64,000 nucleotides of DNA, from assembly GCA_965660855.1 (NCBI GenBank), contig CBFIBM010000003.1, positions 90,909 through 154,908 on the forward strand, read 5' to 3'. Position numbers and translations under genes: made by a program. This DNA comes from an uncultured bacterium. GTDB lineage: Bacteria > Fidelibacterota > Marinisomatia > Marinisomatales > UBA1611. The stretch's first letter is position 1. The number at the start of each line of letters is the position of its first letter. Positions 9,258-21,371 of the stretch are shown here, piece after piece. Below the pieces are notes generated by a model, which worked only from the letters and a program-made list of their open reading frames with translations, had not been told where the DNA came from and searched no databases.

Positions 9258-10448
9258 CTAAATAATATTTAATTTATTTCCTACGTTTTTAAAAGCAGTT
9301 ATAGCGCTATCAAGGTGCTTTTTTTCCATAGCTGCAGATATTTGAATTCGAATTCTTGCCTGATTTTTCGGAACTACAGGGTAAGTAAAACCAACAACGT
9401 ATATCCCTTCCTTTAACATCTCTTTTGCCATTTTTTTTGCAATTGAAGCATCATAGAGCATAATAGGTACAATAGGGTGTATACCTTCAATAATATCGAA
9501 GCCTATATTTTTCATTTCTTTTCTAAAATAATTAGTGTTTTTTTCTAATTTATTTTTTAAAGAGTTATCAGAGCAAATTAGTTCAAATACCTTATTTCCT
9601 GCACATATAATGCTGGGTGATACAGTGTTTGAGAATAAATAGGGTCTTGACTTTTGCCTTAGAAGATCAATTAAACTTTTTGATCCAGTTGTAAATCCAC
9701 CAGATGCCCCTCCAAGTGCTTTCCCAAGAGTTGATGTCCAGATATCTATTTTATCCATTACATTATGATGCTCTGCAGATCCTTTACCTGTCCTTCCAAT
9801 AAAGCCAGTAGCGTGACTATCATCAACCATCACTAAGGCATTATATTTATCTGCTAGAAATGTAATCTCATCAAGTTTTGCAATTTCTCCATCCATTGAG
9901 AAAACACCATCTGTAGCTATCATTTTAATTCTAGCCTTATTTGCAGCAATTAGTTTTTTTTCTAGGTCATCCATATCATTGTGAACATATCGAAGACGTT
10001 GTGCTTTACAGAGACGAATTCCATCGATAATTGATGCATGGTTTAAACTATCAGAGATAATAGCATCCTCAGAGTCAAGTATGGTTTCAAACAATCCACT
10101 ATTCGCATCAAAACATGAAGAATATAAAATAGTATCATCTGTCTCAAAAAAATTTGAAATTTTAGATTCTAATTTTTTATGTATGTTTTGAGTACCACAA
10201 ATAAATCGGACTGAGGCCATTCCAAAGCCGTAGAAGTCCAAAGCTTCTTTTGCCGCATTAATTAAATCTTGATTATTGGCTAATCCTAAATAATTGTTCG
10301 AGCAGAAATTTAGTACTTTTCTATTTTTATCAATAAGTATCTCAATTCCTTGCGCTGAAAAAATAGGGGTTTCAATTTTTATGAGTCCAGAATCTTCAAT
10401 TTGTTGAATGTATTTTTGAAAGTAACTAGACGAATGTTTTATTCCCAT
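9258..10448 (-). CDS. kbl: Glycine C-acetyltransferase (2-amino-3-ketobutyrate CoA ligase)
   Basis: NFCSNNYLGL, SVRFICGT, TLGKALGG; adjacent to tdh. Start moved to ATG 10448 (track uses GTG 10469). Confidence 0.93.
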   Translation of the reverse strand: MGIKHSSSYFQKYIQQIEDSGLIKIETPIFSAQGIEILIDKNRKVLNFCSNNYLGLANNQDLINAAKEALDFYGFGMASVRFICGTQNIHKKLESKISNFFETDDTILYSSCFDANSGLFETILDSEDAIISDSLNHASIIDGIRLCKAQRLRYVHNDMDDLEKKLIAANKARIKMIATDGVFSMDGEIAKLDEITFLADKYNALVMVDDSHATGFIGRTGKGSAEHHNVMDKIDIWTSTLGKALGGASGGFTTGSKSLIDLLRQKSRPYLFSNTVSPSIICAGNKVFELICSDNSLKNKLEKNTNYFRKEMKNIGFDIIEGIHPIVPIMLYDASIAKKMAKEMLKEGIYVVGFTYPVVPKNQARIRIQISAAMEKKHLDSAITAFKNVGNKLNII

Positions 10449-11464
10449 AATAAAACAACTTTTCCACATTTTCCAGATTGAATCACGTCAAACGCAGACT
10501 TATAGTCATCAATTAAAAATTTGTGTGTTAATACTTTGGAAATATCTAGACCACTTCGAATCATTTGAGTCATTTTGTACCAAGTTTCAAACATTTCTCT
10601 TCCATAAATACCCTTAATATTTAATCCTTTGAAAATAACATCGTCCCAATTAATCTGTGTATTATTTGGAAGAAGTCCCAGGAGAGCGACTCTACCTCCA
10701 TTATACATATTTTTAATTAGATCATTAAATGCATTCGAATTCCCTGACATTTCTAAACCAATATCAAAACCATTGGTGATATTTAATTCCTTGTAACAAT
10801 CTATAATACTATTATTCTTAACATTAATTGCTTTTGTAGCACCCAGATTTTTTGCAAGATTTAATCTAAAGTTATTTGTATCTGTAATTACAATATTTCT
10901 TGCTCCAACAAATTTACATATTGCAACAGACATAATACCAATTGGACCTGCACCAGTAATCAAAACGTCTTCTCCAACCATTTCATATGATAAAGTTGCA
11001 TGTGCAGCATTACCATATGGGTCAAAAAAAGATGCAATTTCTGATGAAATTTCATCATGGACGCGCCATACATTTGATTCTGGAATAACTAGATATTCCG
11101 CAAATGCACCATCCCTGTGTATCCCAATTCCTACAGTCTTTTGACATAGGTGTGTTTTTCCAGCTCTACAATTTCTGCAATTACCGCATGTAATATGGCC
11201 TTCTCCTGAAACCCTATCACCAATTTTATAATGTGTAACACCTCTACCAATCTCAGAAACTATCCCACAGAATTCATGGCCAATTACTAATGGTGTTTTT
11301 ATAGTTCGTTGTGCCCATTCATCCCACTCAAAAATATGAAGATCCGTTCCACAAATCGAGGTATGGGTAATTTTTATTTTTACTTCATTTGTTCCACAAA
11401 CTGGCTCGCGGATATTTTCTAACCAAATTCCCTTTGTAGGATTCTTTTTAACTAGAGCTTTCAT
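10439..11464 (-). CDS. tdh: L-threonine 3-dehydrogenase
   Basis: ICGTDLH, GHEF, Zn cysteines CGNCRNC, GIYGREMFETW. Confidence 0.96.
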   Translation of the reverse strand: MKALVKKNPTKGIWLENIREPVCGTNEVKIKITHTSICGTDLHIFEWDEWAQRTIKTPLVIGHEFCGIVSEIGRGVTHYKIGDRVSGEGHITCGNCRNCRAGKTHLCQKTVGIGIHRDGAFAEYLVIPESNVWRVHDEISSEIASFFDPYGNAAHATLSYEMVGEDVLITGAGPIGIMSVAICKFVGARNIVITDTNNFRLNLAKNLGATKAINVKNNSIIDCYKELNITNGFDIGLEMSGNSNAFNDLIKNMYNGGRVALLGLLPNNTQINWDDVIFKGLNIKGIYGREMFETWYKMTQMIRSGLDISKVLTHKFLIDDYKSAFDVIQSGKCGKVVLLWE

Positions 11465-11582
11465 TTTATATCATGAATTTCATACACCAATATTAATATT
11501 TAAATTTAGAAATAATAATAAATGAATTAGTTTCAAACCTTACATACATTTAAAAAATATTAATTAGGATGGTTTTCTTTTA

Positions 11583-12347
11583 ATGGCAAAAGTTTTAGCA
11601 TTTACAAATCAAAAAGGTGGTGTTGGGAAAACTACATCTGCAGTTAACGTGGCTTTAAGTATGGCTGTAACTGAGGTTCGTACATTGTTGATTGACCTTG
11701 ACCCGCAAGCGAATGCTTCAACTGGACTTTCGACCCTTTTTGATGATGCAAAGGGTTCAGTCTATGACATACTTTTAAAAGGAAATGGAATAAAAAAAGC
11801 GATAACAAAGACATCTTTTAGTTATTTAGATTTAATTTGTTCTACAAATGATCTTGTTGGTGCAGAGATAGAATTGGTAAGCATTATGGCAAGAGAATTT
11901 CAACTTCAGAAGGCTTTAAAAGATGTCAGTGAAGAATATGATATTATTATTATAGACTGTCCCCCATCTCTAGGATTATTAACTTTGAATGCATTTACTG
12001 CGGCAAATTCTTTGGTGATACCAATTCAATGCGAATATTATGCTTTGGAAGGTCTTGGCCAATTATTGAATACCGTTAGATTGGTTCAAAGGCACTTAAA
12101 TAAAAAGTTGGAAATAGTTGGAATAATTATGACAATGTACGATGGAAGATTAAACCTTTCTAAGCAAGTTGTAAAAGAAGTAGATAGCTTTTTTAAGGAT
12201 AAGTTATTCAAAACATTTATCCATAGAAATGTGAGGCTTAGCGAGGCTCCAAGTTTTGGAAAACCTGTACTATTATACGATGCTAACTCTACAGGAGCGC
12301 AAAATTATATGAACCTTACTGAGGAGATTCTACAGCGTGTCAGTTAA
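11583..12347 (+). CDS. parA: Chromosome partitioning ATPase ParA/Soj
   Basis: NQKGGVGKTT, DLDPQAN, DCPPSLG and EAPSFG motifs. Confidence 0.97.
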   Translation: MAKVLAFTNQKGGVGKTTSAVNVALSMAVTEVRTLLIDLDPQANASTGLSTLFDDAKGSVYDILLKGNGIKKAITKTSFSYLDLICSTNDLVGAEIELVSIMAREFQLQKALKDVSEEYDIIIIDCPPSLGLLTLNAFTAANSLVIPIQCEYYALEGLGQLLNTVRLVQRHLNKKLEIVGIIMTMYDGRLNLSKQVVKEVDSFFKDKLFKTFIHRNVRLSEAPSFGKPVLLYDANSTGAQNYMNLTEEILQRVS

Positions 12348-13215
12348 TAGACTTGGTAAAGGGCTTGAAGCATTGATAAGGTCAGACTCGAGCAATGATT
12401 TGGATAATAAGCTTTATAAAGATTCTCCCCGAAGTGGAGTTTCTAAGATTAAAATAAAAGATATAAAAGCTAATCCTAATCAACCTAGGAGGCTTTTTGA
12501 TGATGAGAAACTTAATGAGTTAGTAAGTTCCATAAGAGATAAAGGAATTATAACACCAATAACTGTAAGAAAAATTAAAATAGGCTATGAACTTATTGCC
12601 GGAGAAAGACGATGGCGAGCATCAAAAAAAGCTAATTTGAAATTAATACCTGCATACATAATTGATGTAAAAAACCAGTCTGACATTATGGAATTAGCTC
12701 TAATAGAAAATATTCAACGTGAAAATTTAAATCCCATTGAAGAATCAGAGGCATATGAAGTTTTACATAAGAAGTATAAAATGTCACATGAATCTATAGC
12801 AAATTCAATTGGAAAAGGTAGAGCTTCAATTTCAAACTCCTTGAGATTGTTACAACTTCCTCTTAATATAAGAAATAGTCTGCGTTCTGGGGAAATTTCA
12901 TCTGGGCATGCCAGAGCAATATTGCAAGCAAAAACAATAAAAAAAATGAACAAGATTTGGAATAAAATCAAAATAAATAATTTGAGCGTGAGGCAAGCAG
13001 AACAATTAGTGAAAAATGAGATTTTGCCAAAAAAAAATAAGAAAAAATATAAATATGTAGATGCTGAAATCATAAATTTAGAAAATAAACTTATTGAATC
13101 TCTTGGAACAAAAGTAAAAATAATTCCTGGGAAAAATGGTGGTCGATTTGAAGTTTCTTATTTTTCTAATGATGATTTAATTAGAATCTTTGATTTAATT
13201 AATAAAGAGAACTAA
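12337..13215 (+). CDS. parB: Chromosome partitioning protein ParB/Spo0J
   Basis: LGKGLEAL, NPNQPR, AGERRWRA and ENIQRENL motifs. Confidence 0.97.
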   Translation: MSVNRLGKGLEALIRSDSSNDLDNKLYKDSPRSGVSKIKIKDIKANPNQPRRLFDDEKLNELVSSIRDKGIITPITVRKIKIGYELIAGERRWRASKKANLKLIPAYIIDVKNQSDIMELALIENIQRENLNPIEESEAYEVLHKKYKMSHESIANSIGKGRASISNSLRLLQLPLNIRNSLRSGEISSGHARAILQAKTIKKMNKIWNKIKINNLSVRQAEQLVKNEILPKKNKKKYKYVDAEIINLENKLIESLGTKVKIIPGKNGGRFEVSYFSNDDLIRIFDLINKEN

Positions 13216-13217
13216 AC

Positions 13218-14006
13218 TTGTTCAAGCCAAAGAAATATACAGTCATGATTATTCCTGATGATGATTCTAAGTCAAGGACATTTTATATTTCAAAAAACAA
13301 AGCAAAATTAATATTCTCATTTTTTTGCTTTTCTTTTATAATATGCTTGATCTTGATAACTTTCTCAGTTCAAAATATTTCAGACTACAGAAATATGAAA
13401 TCAAAATTCCTTGATTTTTCAGCTGAAAGATTAAAAGTTTTAGAGTTGACTAGGGATTTAGAAAGAATCCAGCAAATGGATGCTTTAATTAGAAAATCAT
13501 TAAGTGCATCATTGAAAATTGATTCAATAAAACCTAATTTTGATTCTTTACAAAAAAATTTGAATTCTAACTTAGAAATATCTTACTTAGAGAATATTCC
13601 TTCTTTTCCGCCAATAGAGGGGTATGTAAGCCAAAAATCAGGGGGAGATGGATTTTTTGTTATCAAGAGTCATGATGGTATTGATATAGTTTCTAAAGAA
13701 GGGGAGCCGATCTCCGCAGCAGCTTCTGGAGTTGTTGTCTTTTCTGGTTGGACATATGAATTTGGAAATCAAATTATTTTATATCATGGTAATGATTACT
13801 TTACTCATTATGGTCATAATCTTCAAAATTTGAAAAATCAGCGTGAATTTGTTAAAAGAGGTGAAACAATTGCACTCGTTGGAAGTACAGGCATTTCATC
13901 AGGTCCACATTTACACTTTGAGGTTTGGAAAAAATTTGATTCAATGGATCCTCTATTATTTTTCCCAGAATATTCAAATATGGATTTAACTTCAAGCGAT
14001 GAGTAA
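13218..14006 (+). CDS. M23 family metallopeptidase, membrane anchored
   Basis: HDGID and SSGPHLHFE motifs; N-terminal TM segment. Confidence 0.92.
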   Translation: MFKPKKYTVMIIPDDDSKSRTFYISKNKAKLIFSFFCFSFIICLILITFSVQNISDYRNMKSKFLDFSAERLKVLELTRDLERIQQMDALIRKSLSASLKIDSIKPNFDSLQKNLNSNLEISYLENIPSFPPIEGYVSQKSGGDGFFVIKSHDGIDIVSKEGEPISAAASGVVVFSGWTYEFGNQIILYHGNDYFTHYGHNLQNLKNQREFVKRGETIALVGSTGISSGPHLHFEVWKKFDSMDPLLFFPEYSNMDLTSSDE

Positions 14007-14352
14007 TCTAAATTTTAAAAATATTCAAACAATGATCGGGCCAGATGTTGAAATTAATGGACCAATAAAATTGAAACAAGGTATCATTGTTTATGGTAGA
14101 GTAAATGGTGATATTATAACGGAAGGGCCAGTTAGAATTTCGGGTGGTGCATTAGTGGATGGCGATATAATTGGTGAGGATATAAAAATAGGAGGAACCG
14201 TTGTTGGAAACATAAATTCAAATGGTCAAGTTGTTTTGGGTTCTCGATGTATTCTGAAAGGTGATATTGTTTATAGAAAGCTTACAATTGAAGATGGTGC
14301 TCAGTTTGAAGGTAAATGTGATCTTTCATATGAAAAGAATTCTAATATTTAG
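13999..14352 (+). CDS. Bactofilin (polymer-forming cytoskeletal protein)
   Basis: Repeated (V/I)xG beta-helix pattern, LTIEDGAQFEG; usual position after an M23 gene. Confidence 0.92.
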   Translation: MSNLNFKNIQTMIGPDVEINGPIKLKQGIIVYGRVNGDIITEGPVRISGGALVDGDIIGEDIKIGGTVVGNINSNGQVVLGSRCILKGDIVYRKLTIEDGAQFEGKCDLSYEKNSNI

Positions 14353-14386
14353 GTGCTCGACTATTTCTGATAAAAATAAAAATTCA

Positions 14387-14623
14387 ATGTTTACGATGAT
14401 AAAGCTAGCTACATCATTTCAAAAAATCGTACATCAATCAGGCCCTGCTGCCTCTGCATCCTATTCATTAATTGGCTCCATTTTGATATTTACTTTTCTT
14501 GGTAGGTATATTGATACAAAATATGATTCCGAACCAACTTTTACAATATCAGGACTTTCATTTGGACTAATGGTTGGGTTCTATGGATTATTTAAAGTTT
14601 TTTATTTGAAAAAAAAAAGATAA
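14387..14623 (+). CDS. AtpZ/AtpI-family ATP synthase accessory protein
   Basis: LGRYID..Y...P pattern with two TM helices directly upstream of atpB; start moved to ATG 14387 (track 14261 overlaps bactofilin). Confidence 0.8.
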   Translation: MFTMIKLATSFQKIVHQSGPAASASYSLIGSILIFTFLGRYIDTKYDSEPTFTISGLSFGLMVGFYGLFKVFYLKKKR

Positions 14624-14775
14624 TAAAGAAAATTTTTCCAAAAATTAATTTTATTCTTTTAATAGCCTGATATAGTGATGTATTTTTTGCGGCTTTTTAA
14701 AGTTGTTTTTTTTTAAAAATCTAGTAAATCAAATTTCATTATTAATTAAAAAATTAAAGTGTTAAGCAAATTTAA

Positions 14776-15729
14776 ATGAGTGCCCTAGCCGCAGCTGAAC
14801 ATTCAAATTCCAGCGTTATGGATCAAGTCGGTCCTAATATTATTCATCATGTCTCTAACACGTTTAGTGAAACAGATGCTTTCCACCCCATTATTTCATT
14901 GCCTACCGTTTTTGGTGTTAATTTATCTGTTTCAAAGCATGTTTTGATGCTCTGGATAGTTTCTTTTTTACTTGTTCTTACCATAATATTACCCGTTCGT
15001 AAATTTATACGCAGTAAAAAAAGAGTTCCTTCAGGTTGGGTAAATGCAATTGAAGCAATTGCTAAATTTATTCGTGATGCAATAGCTCTACCTAATATAG
15101 GAGAAAAGTGGATTTTGACTTGGGCTCCTCTCTTAATGACTTTTTTCTTCTTTATATTATACTCGAATGGAATAGGCATGGTGCCAATTTTTGATGTTCT
15201 AGGACTAATAAACAGGTTTGTAATAGGCGTTCCTCCAGATGCCCATGGTACTCATTCAGGTAATCTAATAAATGATATGTTGCACGGTGGTGTTACAGCA
15301 ACAGGAAATTTCAATGTAACTGGAGCTCTGGCTACTGTTACATTTTTTGCTATCATTATAGCTGGAACTTTAGCTCATGGATTTCTACAGCACTTGAAAA
15401 ATTTAGTACCACATGGACTACCTATTCCAGTTTATTTTTTACTAATACCCATCGAAATTATGGGTTTATTTGTTAAGCCTTTTGCATTGACAATGAGGTT
15501 AGCTGCTAATATGACAGGTGGTCATGTTGCTCTACTTGCATTGCTATCTCTGATGGCTATTTTTGGAGAATTGTTTGGCACTTCGGTAGGTATTGGTGTT
15601 GCATCTATTGCTATACCCATGGCTGTGGCTGTGGCTGCCTTGGAAATTATTGTTGTGCTTGTTCAGGCATATGTTTTTACTTTATTAACTGCCGTATTTA
15701 TAGGTATGGCAATTCATGTACATCATTAA
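14776..15729 (+). CDS. atpB: ATP synthase F0 subunit a
   Basis: KPFALTMRLAANMTGGH (essential Arg) and VQAYVFTLLT motifs. Confidence 0.97.
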   Translation: MSALAAAEHSNSSVMDQVGPNIIHHVSNTFSETDAFHPIISLPTVFGVNLSVSKHVLMLWIVSFLLVLTIILPVRKFIRSKKRVPSGWVNAIEAIAKFIRDAIALPNIGEKWILTWAPLLMTFFFFILYSNGIGMVPIFDVLGLINRFVIGVPPDAHGTHSGNLINDMLHGGVTATGNFNVTGALATVTFFAIIIAGTLAHGFLQHLKNLVPHGLPIPVYFLLIPIEIMGLFVKPFALTMRLAANMTGGHVALLALLSLMAIFGELFGTSVGIGVASIAIPMAVAVAALEIIVVLVQAYVFTLLTAVFIGMAIHVHH

Positions 15730-15751
15730 ATAAAAAAAAAGGAAAAAAATA

Positions 15752-15967
15752 ATGGACTCAACATTACTAATACCTCTTGGAATGGGATTAATTGTTTTAG
15801 GAGCAGGAATGGGAATTGGAAAATTTACTTCAGCAGCAGCAGAGAGTATTGCTCGCCAACCTGAAGCTGCAGATAAAATTACTGGAGCTATTAATCTACC
15901 TTTATTCTTATTAGAGGGTGTTGCTATTTTAGCTGAGGTATTCACTTTCTTAATGCTTATTCTTTAA
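15752..15967 (+). CDS. atpE: ATP synthase F0 subunit c
   Basis: GxGxGxG helix, ARQPE loop, carboxylate in LLEGV. Confidence 0.95.
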   Translation: MDSTLLIPLGMGLIVLGAGMGIGKFTSAAAESIARQPEAADKITGAINLPLFLLEGVAILAEVFTFLMLIL

Positions 15968-15981
15968 ACAACAGATTAATT

Positions 15982-16557
15982 ATGAGCCAATTAAGAGTAG
16001 TGCCTGGTGGTGAAAACCTCCATGGAACCACCCATGGACATGGGGGGTCTGAGCCACCAAATCCTTTAGTTCAGTTAGATCCAGGTTTATTTTTTTGGAC
16101 CATTCTCACCTTTGTCACTCTTAGTTTTGTACTTGCGAAGTTTGCATGGAAGCCATTACTTACTGCGTTAAAAGAAAGGGAAGATCAGATAAATAAATCA
16201 TTAGGTGATGCAGATAAGGCTAAGTTGGAGCTTGAAAAAATAAATACTCAATCAGAAGAAATTATTTTAAAAGCTAAAGAAAATGCGTCGGAAATTCAAT
16301 CAGAAGCGAAATTAATGGCAGAAAAAGTAAAATCTGATATTCTCGAAAAAGCTAATGAAGAAACGAAAATCTTAAGGGATAAAGCTGAAAAACAAATCAA
16401 TATTGAAAAGGATAAAGCCCTAAACGATATAAGGAAAGAAGTAGTTGGTTTGTCAATGGTGGTTGCTGAAAAATTAATTAAAAAGAACTTGTCAGAAAAT
16501 GATAATGAAAAATTAATTAATGAAACACTAAAAGGCTTGAAAGGATATGAAGCTTAG
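15982..16557 (+). CDS. atpF: ATP synthase F0 subunit b
   Basis: PGLFFWT..F, KFAWKP, ERE..I followed by coiled coil. Confidence 0.95.
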   Translation: MSQLRVVPGGENLHGTTHGHGGSEPPNPLVQLDPGLFFWTILTFVTLSFVLAKFAWKPLLTALKEREDQINKSLGDADKAKLELEKINTQSEEIILKAKENASEIQSEAKLMAEKVKSDILEKANEETKILRDKAEKQINIEKDKALNDIRKEVVGLSMVVAEKLIKKNLSENDNEKLINETLKGLKGYEA

Positions 16558-17086
16558 AAAACCAGAAAAAGTACTCTCTCAAATATTATTTGATATTTCT
16601 TTTAAAGATCAAATGCAGGACAAAATGCTTTCAGATTTATCCTATTTGATTAAGGTAATCCAAAATGAAAATCAAATGAAATCTTTCATTCAATCAAAAA
16701 AGATATCAAATGATCAAAAACTAGATATATTGAAACTAGTTTTTAAAGATAGTATCAATGCAGTACTTATTGAAGTTATATCGTTACTGTCAGGGCCAGA
16801 CTCAATTAAAGTACTTAACAGTATTAACAAATACTACGTGGAGAGATACAAAAAAGAAAATAATATAGCAGATGTAAAAATAGTTGTTGCGAAAAAGCTC
16901 CGCACCCCGCAAATGAAAATTCTTGAATCGTCCATTAGTAAGTCATTAGGTAAAAATATAGCTTTATCAGTCGAGGTCGATGAGAAGATTATAGGAGGTA
17001 TGAAACTTCGAGTTGAAGATACTTTTATAGACGGATCAATTATTAATCAATTACAGAGCCTCAAAACAGAGCTCTTACAAATTTGA
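16547..17086 (+). CDS. atpH: ATP synthase F1 subunit delta
   Basis: VDEKIIGG...IDGS C-terminal motif; position between atpF and atpA. Confidence 0.9.
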   Translation: MKLRKPEKVLSQILFDISFKDQMQDKMLSDLSYLIKVIQNENQMKSFIQSKKISNDQKLDILKLVFKDSINAVLIEVISLLSGPDSIKVLNSINKYYVERYKKENNIADVKIVVAKKLRTPQMKILESSISKSLGKNIALSVEVDEKIIGGMKLRVEDTFIDGSIINQLQSLKTELLQI

Positions 17087-17099
17087 TAAATAGGATATT

Positions 17100-18626
17100 A
17101 TGGAAATTAAAACAGATCAATTAACAAAAATTCTTCGTCAACAGATTGAAAAATTTGATGGTAATACTGACGTAACAGAGGTTGGAGAAGTTATCGAGGT
17201 TGGAGATGGTGTTGCTCGAGTTTCAGGACTCGAAAACGTCATGAGTTCTGAATTAGTCGAGCTACAAAAAGATATTTTTGGAATGGCTCTAAATCTAGAA
17301 GAAGATAATGTAGGTCTCGTTCTCTTTGGAGAAACTAGACATGTAAAAGAAGGTGATATTGCCAAAAGAACTGGTCGTGTGGTGGAAGTACCTGTTGGTG
17401 AAGAAATGCTGGGAAGAGTTGTTAATCCTCTCGGGCAACCAATTGATGGTAAAGGTGCGATAAATGCAAAAGCAACTTTGCCAATTGAGAGAAAGGCATT
17501 AGGTGTTATGGAAAGGCAACCAGTTACAGAGCCTCTCCAGACAGGTATCAAAGCTGTTGATAGCATGATTCCAATTGGAAGAGGACAAAGAGAGCTCATT
17601 ATTGGTGATCGTCAAACTGGTAAAACAGCTGTTGCAATTGATGCAATCATTAATCAAGCTTACACACACAAAACTGACTCTCCAGTTTTTTGTATTTATG
17701 TTGCAATTGGCCAAAAAGCATCCACTGTAGCTGCATTAGTTCAAGAATTAGAAGCTAATGGAGCTATGGAGTACACTACGGTTGTGGCTGCAAATGCATC
17801 TGATCCAGCACCAATGCAATATATTGCACCATACTCAGGTAGTGCAATGGGTGAATATTTTAGAGATAATGGTAAGCATGGTCTCATAGTTTTTGATGAT
17901 TTATCAAAACAAGCAGTAGCTTACAGGCAAATGTCCCTTGTTTTAAGAAGGCCGCCAGGAAGAGAAGCTTTCCCAGGAGATGTTTTTTATCTTCATAGCC
18001 GTTTACTTGAAAGAGCCTCAAAACTATCTGATGATTTAGGAGGCGGATCCTTGACGGCATTGCCAATAATTGAAACGCAAGAAGGCGACGTATCTGCATA
18101 TATCCCTACTAATGTAATTTCTATTACTGATGGGCAAATATATCTTGAAACTAATATTTTTAATTCAGGAATAAGACCTGCCATTGATGTTGGTCTTTCA
18201 GTTTCAAGAGTTGGTGGAAATGCTCAAATTAAAGCAATGAAATCTGTAGCTGGTACATTAAGATTAGACTTAGCTCAATTTAGAGAATTGGAAGCATTTG
18301 CAAAATTTGGTTCAGATTTAGATAAAGCTACACTTGCGCAGTTGACTCGTGGAGAAAGAATGGTGGAAATTTTAAAACAAAATCAATATGTTCCAATGAG
18401 TGTTGAGAAACAAGTTGCGATAATTTTTGCTGCTTCAAAAGGATATTTAGATGATTTAGATATAAGTCAGGTGGCTGATTTTGAGTCTAATCTTTTTGAC
18501 TATCTTGATGCAAATTCTAAAGATATTTTAGATGAGATTGTGAAAGAAGGAAAAATTTCTAATGAATTAGAGAATGAGCTCAATTCTTCAATTGAAAAAT
18601 TTAAGTCTGGATTTCAAACAGCTTAA
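17100..18626 (+). CDS. atpA: ATP synthase F1 subunit alpha
   Basis: GDRQTGKT and [23 protein letters not shown] motifs. Confidence 0.99.
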   Translation: MEIKTDQLTKILRQQIEKFDGNTDVTEVGEVIEVGDGVARVSGLENVMSSELVELQKDIFGMALNLEEDNVGLVLFGETRHVKEGDIAKRTGRVVEVPVGEEMLGRVVNPLGQPIDGKGAINAKATLPIERKALGVMERQPVTEPLQTGIKAVDSMIPIGRGQRELIIGDRQTGKTAVAIDAIINQAYTHKTDSPVFCIYVAIGQKASTVAALVQELEANGAMEYTTVVAANASDPAPMQYIAPYSGSAMGEYFRDNGKHGLIVFDDLSKQAVAYRQMSLVLRRPPGREAFPGDVFYLHSRLLERASKLSDDLGGGSLTALPIIETQEGDVSAYIPTNVISITDGQIYLETNIFNSGIRPAIDVGLSVSRVGGNAQIKAMKSVAGTLRLDLAQFRELEAFAKFGSDLDKATLAQLTRGERMVEILKQNQYVPMSVEKQVAIIFAASKGYLDDLDISQVADFESNLFDYLDANSKDILDEIVKEGKISNELENELNSSIEKFKSGFQTA

Positions 18627-19477
18627 TGGCAAACTTAAAAGACATAAGAGATCGCATAAAATCGGTCAAAAGTATACAAAAAGTTACAAAGGCAATGAAA
18701 ATGGTTGCTGCAGCTAAAATGCGAAAGGCGCAAGATCGAATGGAGTTAGCTAGACCATATAGTAATTCTTTAACGGATGTCATAAAAAATCTCATACCTG
18801 AAGTTGATAGAAGTTTGCTGCCTTTATTGAGTAAGAGAGATATTAAGAGAAAAGCATATATCATTGTTTCTGCTGATAGAGGCCTTGCTGGAGCTTTTAA
18901 TACAAATGTTCTGAAGGTAGCCCAAAAAGAAATAGATGATTTTGGTAAAGATAATGTAGACTTATTTTGTATAGGTAAAAAATCTATTGACCATTTCAAA
19001 AAAAGAAATTATAACATTGTGGAAAGCCATGCTGATTTCTGGTCTGAAATGGAATTTGAATCTGCAGTTTCCATAGGTCGTGATATTGTTGAACATTTTA
19101 CAAATTTAAAGGTTGATGAAGTCCACGTAGTGTACAATTATTTTATAAATGTTGCTCAACAGGAAGTAATATCAGAAACATTACTCCCACTTGATTACGA
19201 TGATAATACAGAAACTCTTAGTGACAAGCTTTACGAGCCATCAAAAGAAGATATAATAAAATCTTTGATTCCAAGACACCTAAATGTTCAAATGTGGAAA
19301 TATTTATTAGAATCATATGCAAGTGAGCAGGCTGCTAGGATGCTTTCTATGGAGAATGCGACTACAAATGCAGAGGATATGATAAAAGAATTAACATTAG
19401 AATTTAACAAAGCTAGACAGGCTGCAATTACTACTGAAATGTTAGAAATCGTTGGTGGTGCTGAAGCTCTAGGATAA
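18626..19477 (+). CDS. atpG: ATP synthase F1 subunit gamma
   Basis: KVTKAMKMVAA, DRGLAGAFN and NKARQAAITTE motifs. Confidence 0.98.
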   Translation: MANLKDIRDRIKSVKSIQKVTKAMKMVAAAKMRKAQDRMELARPYSNSLTDVIKNLIPEVDRSLLPLLSKRDIKRKAYIIVSADRGLAGAFNTNVLKVAQKEIDDFGKDNVDLFCIGKKSIDHFKKRNYNIVESHADFWSEMEFESAVSIGRDIVEHFTNLKVDEVHVVYNYFINVAQQEVISETLLPLDYDDNTETLSDKLYEPSKEDIIKSLIPRHLNVQMWKYLLESYASEQAARMLSMENATTNAEDMIKELTLEFNKARQAAITTEMLEIVGGAEALG

Positions 19478-19482
19478 AATAA

Positions 19483-20894
<1,412 letters not shown>

Positions 20895-20895
<1 letters not shown>

Positions 20896-21293
20896 TGACT
20901 GATTTTTGTGTAGATATTGTTACCCCAACTAAGAATTTAAATTTAAAAAATATTACTTATTTACGTTGTCCTGGTTTGGATGGTGCTTTTGGTGTGTTGC
21001 CAAATCATCAAGAAGGTATATTTGCATTAGGTGTAGGTGAGCTAAAAGTAATAAAAAATGGAGAGAGTAATTATTTTTCAGTAGGAGGAGGTTTTGCAGA
21101 GATTATTTCTAATAAAATAAAGCTCTTAGTTGAATCTGTAGAATCTTCATCTGAAATAGATTCTGAAAGAGCAAACAATGCGTTAAGTAGAGCAACTGAA
21201 AGAAAGTCTAAGTTAAAATCTAATTATGACCAAAGTCGTGTTAATGCCTCTCTAATGAGAGCAATGAACAGATTAAAGGTCTCAAATAGATGA
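20895..21293 (+). CDS. atpC: ATP synthase F1 subunit epsilon
   Basis: IVTP, GAFGVLPNH and GGFAE motifs, C-terminal helices. Confidence 0.95.
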
Positions 21294-21317
21294 AAATATT
21301 TCATATAAAAAAATAAT

Positions 21318-21352
21318 AAAACCGCTTGTAATTTAAATAGCGGTTTTTTTTT
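21318..21352 (+). terminator. Intrinsic terminator of the atp operon
   Basis: AAAACCGCT...AGCGGTTTT stem followed by T-run. Confidence 0.8.
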
Positions 21353-21371
21353 ACTAGTTATTGGATAAATA

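Noticed and set aside
14261..14386. N-terminal extension of the AtpZ-like ORF in the track
   Set aside because: Overlaps the bactofilin gene and is not part of the family; downstream ATG preferred
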